Source: Amphiscolops sp. MND2022
Taxonomy: Eukaryota
Length of the DNA stretch: 64,000 nt
Direction of reading: 5' to 3'
Assembly (NCBI GenBank): GCA_964187785.1
Contig: OZ076419.1
Span: 32,116,001-32,180,000, forward strand
Below the pieces are notes generated by a model. The model did no database searches, had not been told where the DNA came from, and worked only from the letters and a program-made list of their open reading frames with translations. The position numbers were made by a program, and so were the translations under genes. Numbering within the stretch: the first letter of the stretch is position 1; each line of letters starts with the position of its first letter. Shown piece by piece: positions 25,024-35,400 of this stretch.

Positions 25024-27086
25024 TGTAAAGGTTCGATTGAGTTTAGGAGAAATTAGCCTTCTGAGACTCTTGATCAATAGTGTTTAGGAGTTAGTTTGCG
25101 ACTATGCCTTCCTAAACCTTTACAAAAGTTGTCTCTAGGTCTTCCGAGTTCGCAGGAAGGACTTTGTTTCGAGAGAAGAGTTTGAATATATGAAAAGAAT
25201 TTGAATTAGTTCGAGTATTATATTCAACAATGTTTGCTTTTACACAATACGCAAGAATACAATACAAACAGAATAATATAATCATCCAAGTTGACACAAA
25301 TATCCAATCAATAATATCTGAATTGTTTAGCATTCACCACAAATAAATACATCAATTATTTAGGGAGTAATGTTCAGGTAAGTTGTTTAAATACTATAAA
25401 AACTGGAATTTTCTGATCTTATTGTCCAGCAATTTGGTTAGGACAAGTGTGCTGACTTTTGGCCAGAATTACAGTCTATTCAGACCGGTTTGGGGTTCCT
25501 AGAGTTCTCAACAATGTAGTGAGAGTTACTAAGTCTATTGACAATTTACGTGACAGGTTTGTCACACGTTCTAGCTTATAGGAAGCGAAGAACTAGCTTA
25601 TAGGAAGCTGAGAGTTAAGTAAAATAGTTTTAGCCTATATGACCAGCCAATTACTAGGTCGAAGACAGGATTGTCTTGAGCATAGACTTATAAGAAGTCT
25701 TGCGAATCTAAGTGAATTAAGGGTCTTATCTAACCAGCATTCGCTAGGTTTTTGTTCGGACAAGATTGCCGATTGGGCTCGATCCAGAGGTTCGGTGCCG
25801 TGTTCTAAGAGTTTTAACCTATTGCAATGGACCAGCAAGTTTGCTAGGTCGAGAGGAAGACAAGTTTGTCTAAAGACTTTGAAGAAGTCTTGTGAGTCTA
25901 AGTGAGTTAAAGGCCTTATTTCAACCAGCAGTTTGCTAGGTTGCTTTTTAGACAAGATTGTCAGAATTCTGTTCAATACTTTATAAGGTTACATGCATTT
26001 TACTTTTTAATCAGTTTGTTTTACTTGCAAGTTAGCTGCAGTTATTGAAATGATCTAGACTAGCAGTCGCTAAGTCTTGACGCAATCGCGTACTAAGAGG
26101 AAAGTGATCTCCGTCGAGAATTGTTTGGGAGCGTTTAGCTCTAGTTAGTTTTCCCTATGATTTTCATAGGAGAACCTTGTCGGTTGTTTGTCTCTTCAGT
26201 CACTAGGACTGGGGGTTGTCTACAAAAGACAGGTAGGAAAAAGGAGCAAAGAAAAAAGAGAGAAATTTTGAGTTGTGAATTTTGAAGTTATTTTCTAAGT
26301 TAAAGAAAATAACTAACCTGAAGTTTGAAGCAAAGATTGGGTCGGAGAGATTTGTTCTCGCAAGAGAGAGATTTTTTTGAGAGAGATGATTTATAGCAGA
26401 GGCGAAGAGGAGAGTCAGAGTGAGAGTGTGCGAGAGATTTATGCGAGAAAAATTATGAATCAATTTGCTAGAGTCCGGCTTTTTATACGAGCCGACCGAA
26501 CGGTACAACCAATCAAATCGATTGGCGGTTTTTATTGGATACGAAATTATTTCGTCATTGCGTTGCTCATATTTGGAATCGTATTCACCACTGGATGCAG
26601 CCGAATTGGAGTCGGCGGTGATTGCATCAGCTACCGAATATGTTCGGCTAACCGAGCTGGCTGACGCAACTCTTTGTATTTGTCAGGGGAATTAATCCTC
26701 TCAAGTGGGGGACTTTGTTCCCACTTGAGAATTCTTTTGTTTAAAATTGAGAATTTGGCCGTACAAGTGGCGCCTATTATTCTCTTTTCAGAGATATTTA
26801 CTGGCACAAGTGGCGTCGCATATTGTCTTTTCAGGGGAGATAAAAGATAATTATTTGCACAAGTGGCAAGCGTTTTCTTTTGTAGAGGGGAATTCTCCCT
26901 TTCATATGACGCGCAGCTGTAATTTTGTTTATCTCTAAAGTTCTTTCAAGCGTGCCTGGAGAATTGAAAGAATTTGAGTAAGAGTTCACAAAAATTGAAT
27001 AAAAAAATTCTAGCTCCGATTGAATAATTTTCTAAATATGTTTTTTCAAATAATAAATTGAAGAAAAAGTTGTGTTAAACACAACA
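25024..27086 (-). repeat. 3' LTR of element B
   Basis: TG...CA termini; all seven ORF-track peptides match those of 39452-41514 exactly. Confidence 0.96.
25112..25333 (-). CDS. 73-aa single-transmembrane ORF in the LTR (3' LTR copy)
   Basis: ATG start; hydrophobic stretch IFVSTWMIILFCLYCILAYCV; function unknown. Confidence 0.35.
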   Translation of the reverse strand: MLNNSDIIDWIFVSTWMIILFCLYCILAYCVKANIVEYNTRTNSNSFHIFKLFSRNKVLPANSEDLETTFVKV

Positions 27087-27109
27087 ACTCACCCGGGGTT
27101 TAAGAATGA

Positions 27110-27841
27110 TTAAGTTGAAAGGGGGGCATACAGGGTATTTATGACTTTTACTTCGAAAAATATGGAATTGTTTTTTAGCCAGGGGTTCTCTGGGTTCATG
27201 AGTTCATCATGTGGGATGAAGCACAAGATGGTGATTGCTGTATTGCTGGCTGTGGGAATAGGTTTCTTGAAGCACTCACTGTTGTTGTTATTCGTCACAA
27301 TGAGCTGTTTGTAGGGTTTGTAAATATTGCCTTGACCAAGGAGGTGTATCTCGATAACGCCTTGGAAGGGCCAAGTGAGTATCTCATCGTAGGGTCCCGG
27401 ACACATAGCCAAGCATACTGACATGTATTTCCCTTTGGCAGTGTCGATGCCATAAGGATAAGCTCGTAGATGAAAGGTGTACCCAAAGGGTTGTGAGAAG
27501 AAGATAGGGCTACAGACGTCTTTTAGGCAATTAGGATCACAATAGGGTGCTCTTACATGAGACAAACTTTTTTCGTATTTTTCAGCATTCTGAAAAATAT
27601 CAGAGAATTTATCAAGCCTCCAAATAACTTTGTAGAGGTTCCAATCCCGTGGAATTGATTTCTTTTCGATACGAAGGACTCGCATCTCAAGTGCGTCGAG
27701 CTTTTTACTGATCTCGTGTATCATATCAGAATCAAATGTGTCATCTTTATATTGGGTGATATTGAGTTTTTGTCGAAGCAATAGTAACTCATTGATTAGG
27801 GAGTAGCACGTAATGAATAATATCAAAATTTTACTGCACAT
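27110..27841 (-). CDS. TRAF-C (MATH) domain protein with N-terminal hydrophobic segment and short coiled coil, 243 aa, intronless
   Basis: TRAF-type motifs VIWRLDKFS, SPIFFSQPFGYTFHLRAYPYG, GKYMSV, GPYDEILTWPF, FKKP, NSIFFEVKV; no RING or zinc fingers. Confidence 0.9.
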   Translation of the reverse strand: MCSKILILFITCYSLINELLLLRQKLNITQYKDDTFDSDMIHEISKKLDALEMRVLRIEKKSIPRDWNLYKVIWRLDKFSDIFQNAEKYEKSLSHVRAPYCDPNCLKDVCSPIFFSQPFGYTFHLRAYPYGIDTAKGKYMSVCLAMCPGPYDEILTWPFQGVIEIHLLGQGNIYKPYKQLIVTNNNNSECFKKPIPTASNTAITILCFIPHDELMNPENPWLKNNSIFFEVKVINTLYAPLST

Positions 27842-27954
27842 TTTGGAACTAACTGGGGGAAATCTTAGGTGTTTGCCAGAGCTCAGTTTTCAGAGGGGCA
27901 AACTGTTAAGAAGAAAAAATCAAAAAGAGGAAAGTTAAACGGTAGCTTGCTAAC

Positions 27955-28103
27955 CGAGAGTTGGTGGAGTCGAATTTGACAACCAGTTAGAATCAAATTG
28001 ATTCTATTGTTGAAGAATGTTCTTCAGAAACGAGAGTTGGTGGAGTCGAATTTGACAACCAATTAGAATCAAATTGATTCTGTTGTTGAAGAATGTTCTT
28101 CAG
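27955..28103. repeat. Two tandem copies of a 76-bp unit upstream of the TRAF-like ORF
   Basis: CGAGAGTTGGTGGAGTCGAATTTGAC at 27955 and 28031. Confidence 0.9.
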
Positions 28104-28420
28104 GAACTGAAACGAGACAATTATTGTCTAACGTTTTCAACCAGGGTGAACACCGAATTTGGATTTGATAGCTTGCTAACCAAAAATAGGTGTAGTCACA
28201 GTGATCACTGCTTTAGATTTGAGATTGGTGCACAGGTCTATGGATTGAAGATTTCAGTGTCTGGCTCAATTGATAGCCGTTTTCATAAGTACTGAAAGTA
28301 CACTCTGTTATCAGAAGTGAAGTTATGGAATTTGGGATTTGAAGTGAAAGTTGAGAAAGAGGATCGTAAAATTTTATTTACCAAACAAAAATTTATTTCA
28401 AAACGAAAATGAGATGAAAT

Positions 28421-28885
28421 TTACAAATCATAAAACTGGATAAGATCCTTGTACAATTTGCTATATTTAGGTGAAGTGACACACTCAATGTCCATGACAC
28501 TGGTTAATTCACCTAACACAAGCAGATCAAATTTGGTGATGTGCCTTTCAGGTCTCTGTTCGTATGACAGGAGGGAAGCGGCTAGTGACGCGTATAGAAG
28601 GGTGTCCTTGTAGATTTGTTTCTGATACTTTTTGTCAGGCAGGTCGTAACGTTCAAAGTGAACGCAAATCTTGAATTCGTAGGTCCAAGTCCACCGAATA
28701 TAGGTGATCAAAAATTGTTTGTTGTTTTCAGCAACGAAAATAGTCCAGGGGCAATTGAAACTGAGTTCTTCGTACTTTTTCTCCCAGAGGGTATCCCAGT
28801 AAATAGTAGGAGGAGGATAAATTTGAGTAATCCTCGGTTTTGTTCTTTTGCGTGAGTCTTTTTTGAGAATAGACTGTGGGTTCAT
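28421..28885 (-). CDS. Orphan accessory protein, 154 aa from the ATG at 28885 (ORF track 181 aa); paralog of 29676-30086
   Basis: Shares CPW, WxW, KYxK, LYxSLxAxL, MDxxC and YxxxYxD with the 136-aa ORF; AATAAA about 25 nt after the stop. Confidence 0.7.
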   Translation of the reverse strand: MNPQSILKKDSRKRTKPRITQIYPPPTIYWDTLWEKKYEELSFNCPWTIFVAENNKQFLITYIRWTWTYEFKICVHFERYDLPDKKYQKQIYKDTLLYASLAASLLSYEQRPERHITKFDLLVLGELTSVMDIECVTSPKYSKLYKDLIQFYDL

Positions 28886-29103
28886 TAGAGATGGTTGTTT
28901 TCTCCTCTGAACAAATCCGAAGGTATGTCTCCCACAAATTTCATAAGGTGGAGAAAATAGTCCCAATATACTGAATGTTGATCTACAAAAACAATATCTT
29001 TTTTCGAGGTGATGTAGTGCTTTACATAGATATAGATTCTGTCTTGATGCAGCTCAGTTCTATAGATCCGGTAGAATTCGTTTTCAATTTTGATGTAGGT
29101 CAT
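28885..29103 (-). CDS. Orphan accessory ORF, 72 aa (MTYIKIENEF...), stop overlapping the next start
   Basis: ATG at 29103; its TAA overlaps the ATG of the 154-aa ORF (TAATG). Confidence 0.5.
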   Translation of the reverse strand: MTYIKIENEFYRIYRTELHQDRIYIYVKHYITSKKDIVFVDQHSVYWDYFLHLMKFVGDIPSDLFRGENNHL

Positions 29104-29127
29104 ACGACGAACTGAAATAGTCAAAAG

Positions 29128-29568
29128 TTTTTTACCCACGGCAGAGATTGATACTATGATCGTTACCGTGCTGAAAAGTTATTTACCCACGGCAGAGATT
29201 GATACTTTGATCGTTACCGTGCTCGTTTTTGTGAAAAATTCTTTACCCACGGCAGAGATTGATGCTATGATCGTTACCGTGCTGAAAAGTTATTTACCCA
29301 CGGCAGAGATTGATACTTTGATCGTTACCGTGCTCAATTTTGTGAAAAAGTTATTTACCCACGGCAGAGATTGATACTATGATCGTTACCGTGCTGAAAA
29401 GTTATTTACCCACGGCAGAGATTGATACTATGATCGTTACCGTGCTTAATTTTGTGAAAAAGTTATTTACCCACGGCAGAGATTGATACTATGATCGTTA
29501 CCGTGCTCAATTTTGTGAAAAGGTTATTTACCCACGGCAGAGATTGATACTATGATCGTTACCGTGCT
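29128..29568. repeat. Minisatellite: 8 copies of a core of about 41 bp, unit lengths 51 or 60-61 bp
   Basis: TTACCCACGGCAGAGATTGAT at 29132, 29183, 29243, 29294, 29355, 29406, 29467 and 29528. Confidence 0.95.
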
Positions 29569-29675
29569 CAAGAATTTCTGAAACGAAGGACTACAAATTA
29601 GTTATCAGTTTACGTTAAAATGACAATGAAGAGGAGAGAAAAAGAATTTTGACAAGAAGACTTTTATTTACAATA

Positions 29676-30086
29676 TTAGAAATCTTCCATTTCCTGCCAC
29701 AGCTTTAGAGTTTCAAGGAAATCAATGTACATATCATTGTAGCTCGAGTTTTTACAAACATTGTCCATCTGGCTAGAGATGGTGTTGAGAGCGTCGACTT
29801 CTTGTTTTGATAGCTGTGGTTCGGGTTTCCTCATGAACGTTACTAACGCCGCAGTGAGGGACACATAAAGGAATGAACCGGGTTTGACCCATTTGTGGTA
29901 TTTTTGTTTGGACCGGTAGTTATGGAATTTAACTTCTACATCAGCAGTTGGGTGCCAACTCCAACTTAGTTCTTCGATGATCATCGAGATTTCTTCTAAT
30001 TCGGGCATGATATTCCAGGGGCAGCATTTGAAATTTATTTTGTTTATAATCACAATAGGGATGTCGTACGCAATGACAGGCTTCAT
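29676..30086 (-). CDS. Orphan accessory protein, 136 aa; paralog of 28421-28885
   Basis: ATG start, shared motifs with the paralog, AATAAA at 29668-29663. Confidence 0.7.
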   Translation of the reverse strand: MKPVIAYDIPIVIINKINFKCCPWNIMPELEEISMIIEELSWSWHPTADVEVKFHNYRSKQKYHKWVKPGSFLYVSLTAALVTFMRKPEPQLSKQEVDALNTISSQMDNVCKNSSYNDMYIDFLETLKLWQEMEDF

Positions 30087-30997
30087 CTTTGGTTGGCTTG
30101 GGCTGAAGTTTGGTCAAAATAGATACTAAAGCACGAAAATGCTGCTTGACTTACTTTGTAAAATTTAAACAAATATTACAATTGCAAGAGCTGGATTTTT
30201 CAAAAAGCGAAATTTCATACTATTGTTTTTGTTCTTTTCACAAGGTTCTCCTTTAACAAGGCTTTGTCTTTTCTTTTGTTTGTCTACTTCTTTTGTTTCC
30301 TTTTGTAGCCTTTATTGAATAGATTCTTGCATTCTTTTGTTTTCTACATGCTTTTGTTGTTACATGCAGTGGTTCCTTTTGTAAACTCCTTTCAGTTGTT
30401 GACTTTTGTTTTTCGTTTTCTATGGTTTGCATCACTGGCTTTCATCGGCTTGTTTTGTAAAGATCGCGCTTTTGTTGTTGGGTAACGGCGGGTGCCATAT
30501 GTGTTTTTGAAGTAGAGTGTTGAAGTTAGCTTTGTATTGAATGCGCTTTTGTTATGGTTCAGTTCTTTTGGTGCCATGTGTTTTCGAGTGGTTTGAAAAG
30601 TTGTTTGTTCACAATGTGCTTTTGTAATGGTTCAATTCTATGGACGCCATGTGTGTTTTTGAAGTGGTGGCCCAAATTCGGTTTGTGTTGAATGCGCTTT
30701 TGGATGTTAGTCTGATCTCTTCACATTTACAAGTAAGTTCGGTTTTCATTTTCAACTTTTGCTTTTTCTTGAATTTTTGGTAACGTGTATATGACACGCT
30801 CGACCGCCGAAAAAGAAGTAGAGAAAAAGGTTTGAGCCATATGGTGGGGAAGCTTGGAGAGAAAGAAATGAAAGAAAAACAATTCTGAAGAACGGAGTGG
30901 AAAATGGGGGAAATTTTTAAACGGCATAAGGGGGGTGGTGAAAACGAAATTTGAGGTTGTAATTTAGTTGCGTTTCTTTAGGCTGTTTTAGTACACG

Positions 30998-31653
30998 ATG
31001 AACCGTTTGCCATTTTCTACCGCGGATGATGCTTATCTGGCACCAGATCTTTTTGCGGATATGCGATCATTGGTGACTGATTTGGAACTACCAATGATGG
31101 CGGGGACGACAGCGGTGGGCGAGGTGTTGCGACGCCCAGAACCACTCCGGAGAGCAGTTAGATTGGCGTTAGGCGAGCACGTAAGTTGTTGAGTGGTGTA
31201 ACTTGTGAAGCTAAGACATTGTGGAGAAGAGATTTTGAATTAGTTCTTAGTACTAAGAGTAAAAAGGAAATGGAAAGTATTGTCTTTAGCTTCGATTGTA
31301 TAAGTTCTGTAGTTGCAGTTTCTAAGTACGATAAGGTAAACAGAGACGGAATGTTTGTGAAATTAATGTTTTTGTGTATTGATTGCAGTTTGTTTTAGTG
31401 GAGATCGAAGCTACAGTCCGGAGCCAAGGACGTTTGGATTTTTAAACTAAAAGCCATTGTACGGGGATGGGAGATGACTGCTCCACAAGATCGGCCGGAC
31501 ATAGCCCGACGGCTGGATCGGAGTCAGTTTTTCCAAGTGCTGCAGGACTTGGCGGAGTTGGGGGGATATATGGTGTGCCTCTGCGCGGGGCATCCTAAGC
31601 CGCCTCCAAATGGGGCGACTGTTGTCCCTGCCGAAAGGGAAGATTTATTATAA
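30998..31653 (+). CDS. Antisense two-exon gene inside element B (30998-31180 joined to 31399-31653), 145 aa, unknown function
   Basis: Donor CAC|GTAAGT, acceptor TTTGTTTTAG|TGG, both phase 0; the spliced frame is open to TAA at 31651; GC-richer exons within AT-rich flanks. Confidence 0.7.
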
Positions 31654-32437
31654 ACTTTTGTTTATATTGTAAATATTTTGTTTTTGTGTTTTTATTATTT
31701 TAATATTATTTTTGTAATACTTCTGTTTTGACTTTAAATTGTAGGTTGAGAAGTAAGAGAACGTTTTTGACAGTTATAATTTCTAAAAGTTTAGCTAGAG
31801 GAGAAGGATTAGCTAAAACTTTGAGCAATCGCCTCTGTGGAGGCTTGTTGATTAAAACATCAACAGTCACAGTGCTATCTATTCCAGGCAGTTCGACCAT
31901 TTAAGGCGAACCGCCATAGCACAATTTTTCTTTGTAGTTTTTTGTCTCTTGGGAAGACTTGTTGGCGAAAAACCGTCAACAGTCACAGTGGCATCTATTC
32001 CACGCAGTTCAACCATTTAAGGTGAACCGCCGTACCACAAAATTTTTTGTTAACAGAGTTTGTAATTAGGTGATATAAAAATGTCAAATTTTTTTGAAAA
32101 GACAGATGATCAAAAATCCCGATCCAAGAAGTTGTAGGTAACAAGCATGTGTACTGATTACAATTTCCAATAAGGCTGGGGAATTGTCCAGTGTTATTCG
32201 GGGCCAAAAAAAAGGACCGAAGAATTTGGGATTCTGAAATAAGGGTTGACACAATTTTGTACACAATTAAGGTTTTTTATCGGGGGGTAATTCTGTCCCT
32301 GTGCCTCATGATGCAGAGAATGGTGTGTAGTATCCAAATTATGTAGAGCTAGTGTTGTGAACTGAAAAGGTAGATCAGGATTTTGGCGGGACTTAGTATT
32401 AATTGATGTAATAAATGCTAGTGTTATCATTTATTTT

Positions 32438-35400
32438 TTAATCTTTATAGCCTTTTCTCTCAATGTCTCGGAGGGAACTGCCAGGGGTGCTTCGTTCGTA
32501 TTTGGGGTTTTTGGGTTTTTCGGAAAACCGTGTAGTTACTTTCTTTTTGAAGTTAGATAGTTTTCCTGTTTTTGGGGAAACTTGATCAGGGGGAGACACT
32601 GTGTGGATTGGAGGAACGGATGGGAGAACCGGTGTTCTCTTGGGTAGGGGAGTGTTAGAAGAGAATGCGAGTGGTAAGACTGCCACAGGGAGACGTGGTG
32701 TTTGCATAGGTGGAAGTGGATTTGTTCCACAGCTTTGAGGGATACGTTCCCTTAGAATGGAATTGTTAGACGTAGATGGGATCGGGGTGTGAAATTGTGG
32801 GGTTTTCGGAGAAAGGATTCCAGAATCGGTACTGGGGGAAAATTCAGAACCCTTAGAAGTATTGTTATTCGATCCTGAAAGTGGAGTGATAATGAGTGGC
32901 ATAAAATCTAGTTTATGCTCAGGTTGTCCCGAGTTGTGTTTGTCAATTTGAGTTTGGACCAAACGCTTGTAAAAATTATCGTCCTGTTCTACAGGAGCGT
33001 AATTTGTCAGCAATGGGGGTAAAGTTTCCTCTTTGGGAAAATACTCTAGTAAGTGGTTTCGGTGAGTTACTTTAACATTTTCGGGGTTCTCATCTTCTTT
33101 AATCTCGTATGTGGTATTGGTTATTTGTTTTGTTACCGTGAAAGGTCCCACTCGTAATTGTTTCAATTTCTGTGATTTGGATAGGTCGGGTTTGTGATTC
33201 TCCAATAGGACCTTTTGACCAACCGCGAGCGGTCGTCCTAGTTTGAAACGGTTCCGATACTCATGAGCTTTCGATGTGATCTCTCTACATCTTTTGTAGG
33301 TAGATGAGTATATTGATTTGAAGTCGTTTTCTCTTGTAAGTAGTTCGGAAGATAACTGTGGTCTAAGGAGTCGATCGAGGGACTTGTTTCTGAGGTTATT
33401 CTCACTATGGGTGTGAGGTTGTAAATCTGCACAAAATTCTGATTTACATTGTTTGTTTTTGTCGCGAATTAGCCCAAGTTTCAAAGTCATCGGTATTTGA
33501 GGTTTGACGCCGAAGACAATCTCGTAGGGGGTCATACCCGTTGTGTAATTTACGCTTGTGTTATGGGCAAAAGCGAATTTAGATGCAAGTGTTGACCAGT
33601 TGTTTCCTGACTCGTTGGTGAAATTCCTCCAGTATCTCATGAGGTGTTTGTTTTGGACTTCAACTTTGCCATTTGTCCAGGGCGAATAAGCAGTGCGCGG
33701 TGCCAGCGTTATTCCGAACTCTTTGGTCCAATTTACAAAATCGCGGTTGATAAACGCTGAGCCATTATCGTGGACGATTTTTTGGGGAATGCCGTAGGAT
33801 GTGATCCATTTTTCTAGGGCATTGATTGTGGTCTGAGCTCCTGTATCTCGGACCGGATAGACTCCAAGAAATCTCGAGAATGCATCTACTACAACTAGAC
33901 AATGTGTATTCAGGTTACTGCTTGGTCTGATGGGACCTTTGTGGTCGATATGGATTGTTTTGAAGGGGGTTGTCTCGAGTTCGCCCCATTGTTCAAGAGG
34001 AGCTTCTTGTAGATCGTGTCGTTTAGACTTGTTAGTCTGGCATTGTAGACAATCTTCTATCAGGGATACTATCCACTTATATCGTCCAGGCCAAAAGAAA
34101 TTTTGTCTGATGTTTTCGAATGTTTTAAATATGCCTGGGTGGCCACTGTGAGTATGAGCGTGGGCCAGATTAAAGAGGGGTAGGAATAATGATAAGGGGA
34201 CACAGATTTTCATTTCGCATTTGTCCGTCCCATGAATAGGTTCGTTATAGCAGAGTAGGTTGCTTTCTTTATCGAGAAAAAGTTGATTGAAATTGTTGAA
34301 GTACGACAGCAAAGCCTTCGATTGGTGAATCTCTGGTGTTTTGGCGTTCGGCTTATTCTTGTTTCTAACCCAAGCTCGTACAATTTGTAATACAGGATCG
34401 TTGATTTGTTCTGCAACTAAGGTGGTGATGTCCAAATCAGCGGTTTTAGAGTAATCGCTGAGTTTTTGTAAGAGGTCTTTGGTATCAACGTGTGGGAATT
34501 GCTCGACATCTAAATTCTTGTTCAATAGAGGCCTTTCACTTTTCTGTGAAATGTTCTTTTCTTTCGCAGTTGATTTATCGCGATAGAACTCGTGATCTTC
34601 GCTAGAAAGGTGAAGTTCGGCGACTTCCTCTTCATCGTCACTGGAATCGGTTTCGATGTCGTCTATTCTACTATACTCGGGTTCATACTGTATTTTGTAT
34701 GAGGGTAGACAGAGGTTTTTGTATTGATTGATGGATTTTCCCAGTTTGAAACAGTCAGCGATGTCTTGGCGAGTCGCCATTACTGTTTGTTGGTTCTCAT
34801 AGTGCTCTACTTCATGTTCTTCTCCGTCATTCTTGAGATGGAGTAGCCTTTGATCTTTGCCTTTTTGGCAGAGGATAGGGAAAAAGTCATTGCTGCCACA
34901 ATGACCATCGTCATTATGCTCGATTGCATAGTGTACTTTCGATCCAAATTCATCATAGAAACTGATATCTCGCGGTATTTCTTTGTGTAGTTTTTGTAAG
35001 TTTTGGGTTTCTTCCAGCGTGACATTTCTACTAAGTATGTCTGGGAATGCGAGGTTGGATCCTTTAGTCCAGATGATTTTGAGGTTTTGGAACTTGGTGA
35101 TGATTACCTGATACTTGAAAAAGCGATGTGAAAGCTGTCCTTTTCTTCCCCAGAGGTATAAAATAGGTTTGTGATCGCAATAGAGGTATATTGGAAATGG
35201 AGATCCAATAATGTAGTGTTCGTATGTTTGGAGTGCTGATACTATGCCACACAATTCGCGATGAAGGGTGGACATCTTTTGTTCAGCTTTGTCAAATACG
35301 CGGGAATTGAAAGAAACTATCCTTTTTCCTTCTGGAAATTGTTGAACTAGTATACAACCAGTACCAACGTTCGAAGAATCGACGTGTATGTGGAAGGGGT

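Noticed and set aside
29128-29568. CRISPR-like repeat/spacer pattern
   Set aside because: The linkers are near-identical short variants rather than unique spacers; eukaryotic context and no cas genes.
30253-30927. Lys-rich small minus-strand ORFs
   Set aside because: They derive from T-rich low-complexity DNA and three imperfect repeats of about 75 bp; no consistent frame.
27087-32437. env gene in element B, or in the extra region of element A
   Set aside because: No long ORF with signal peptide, furin site and C-terminal transmembrane anchor.
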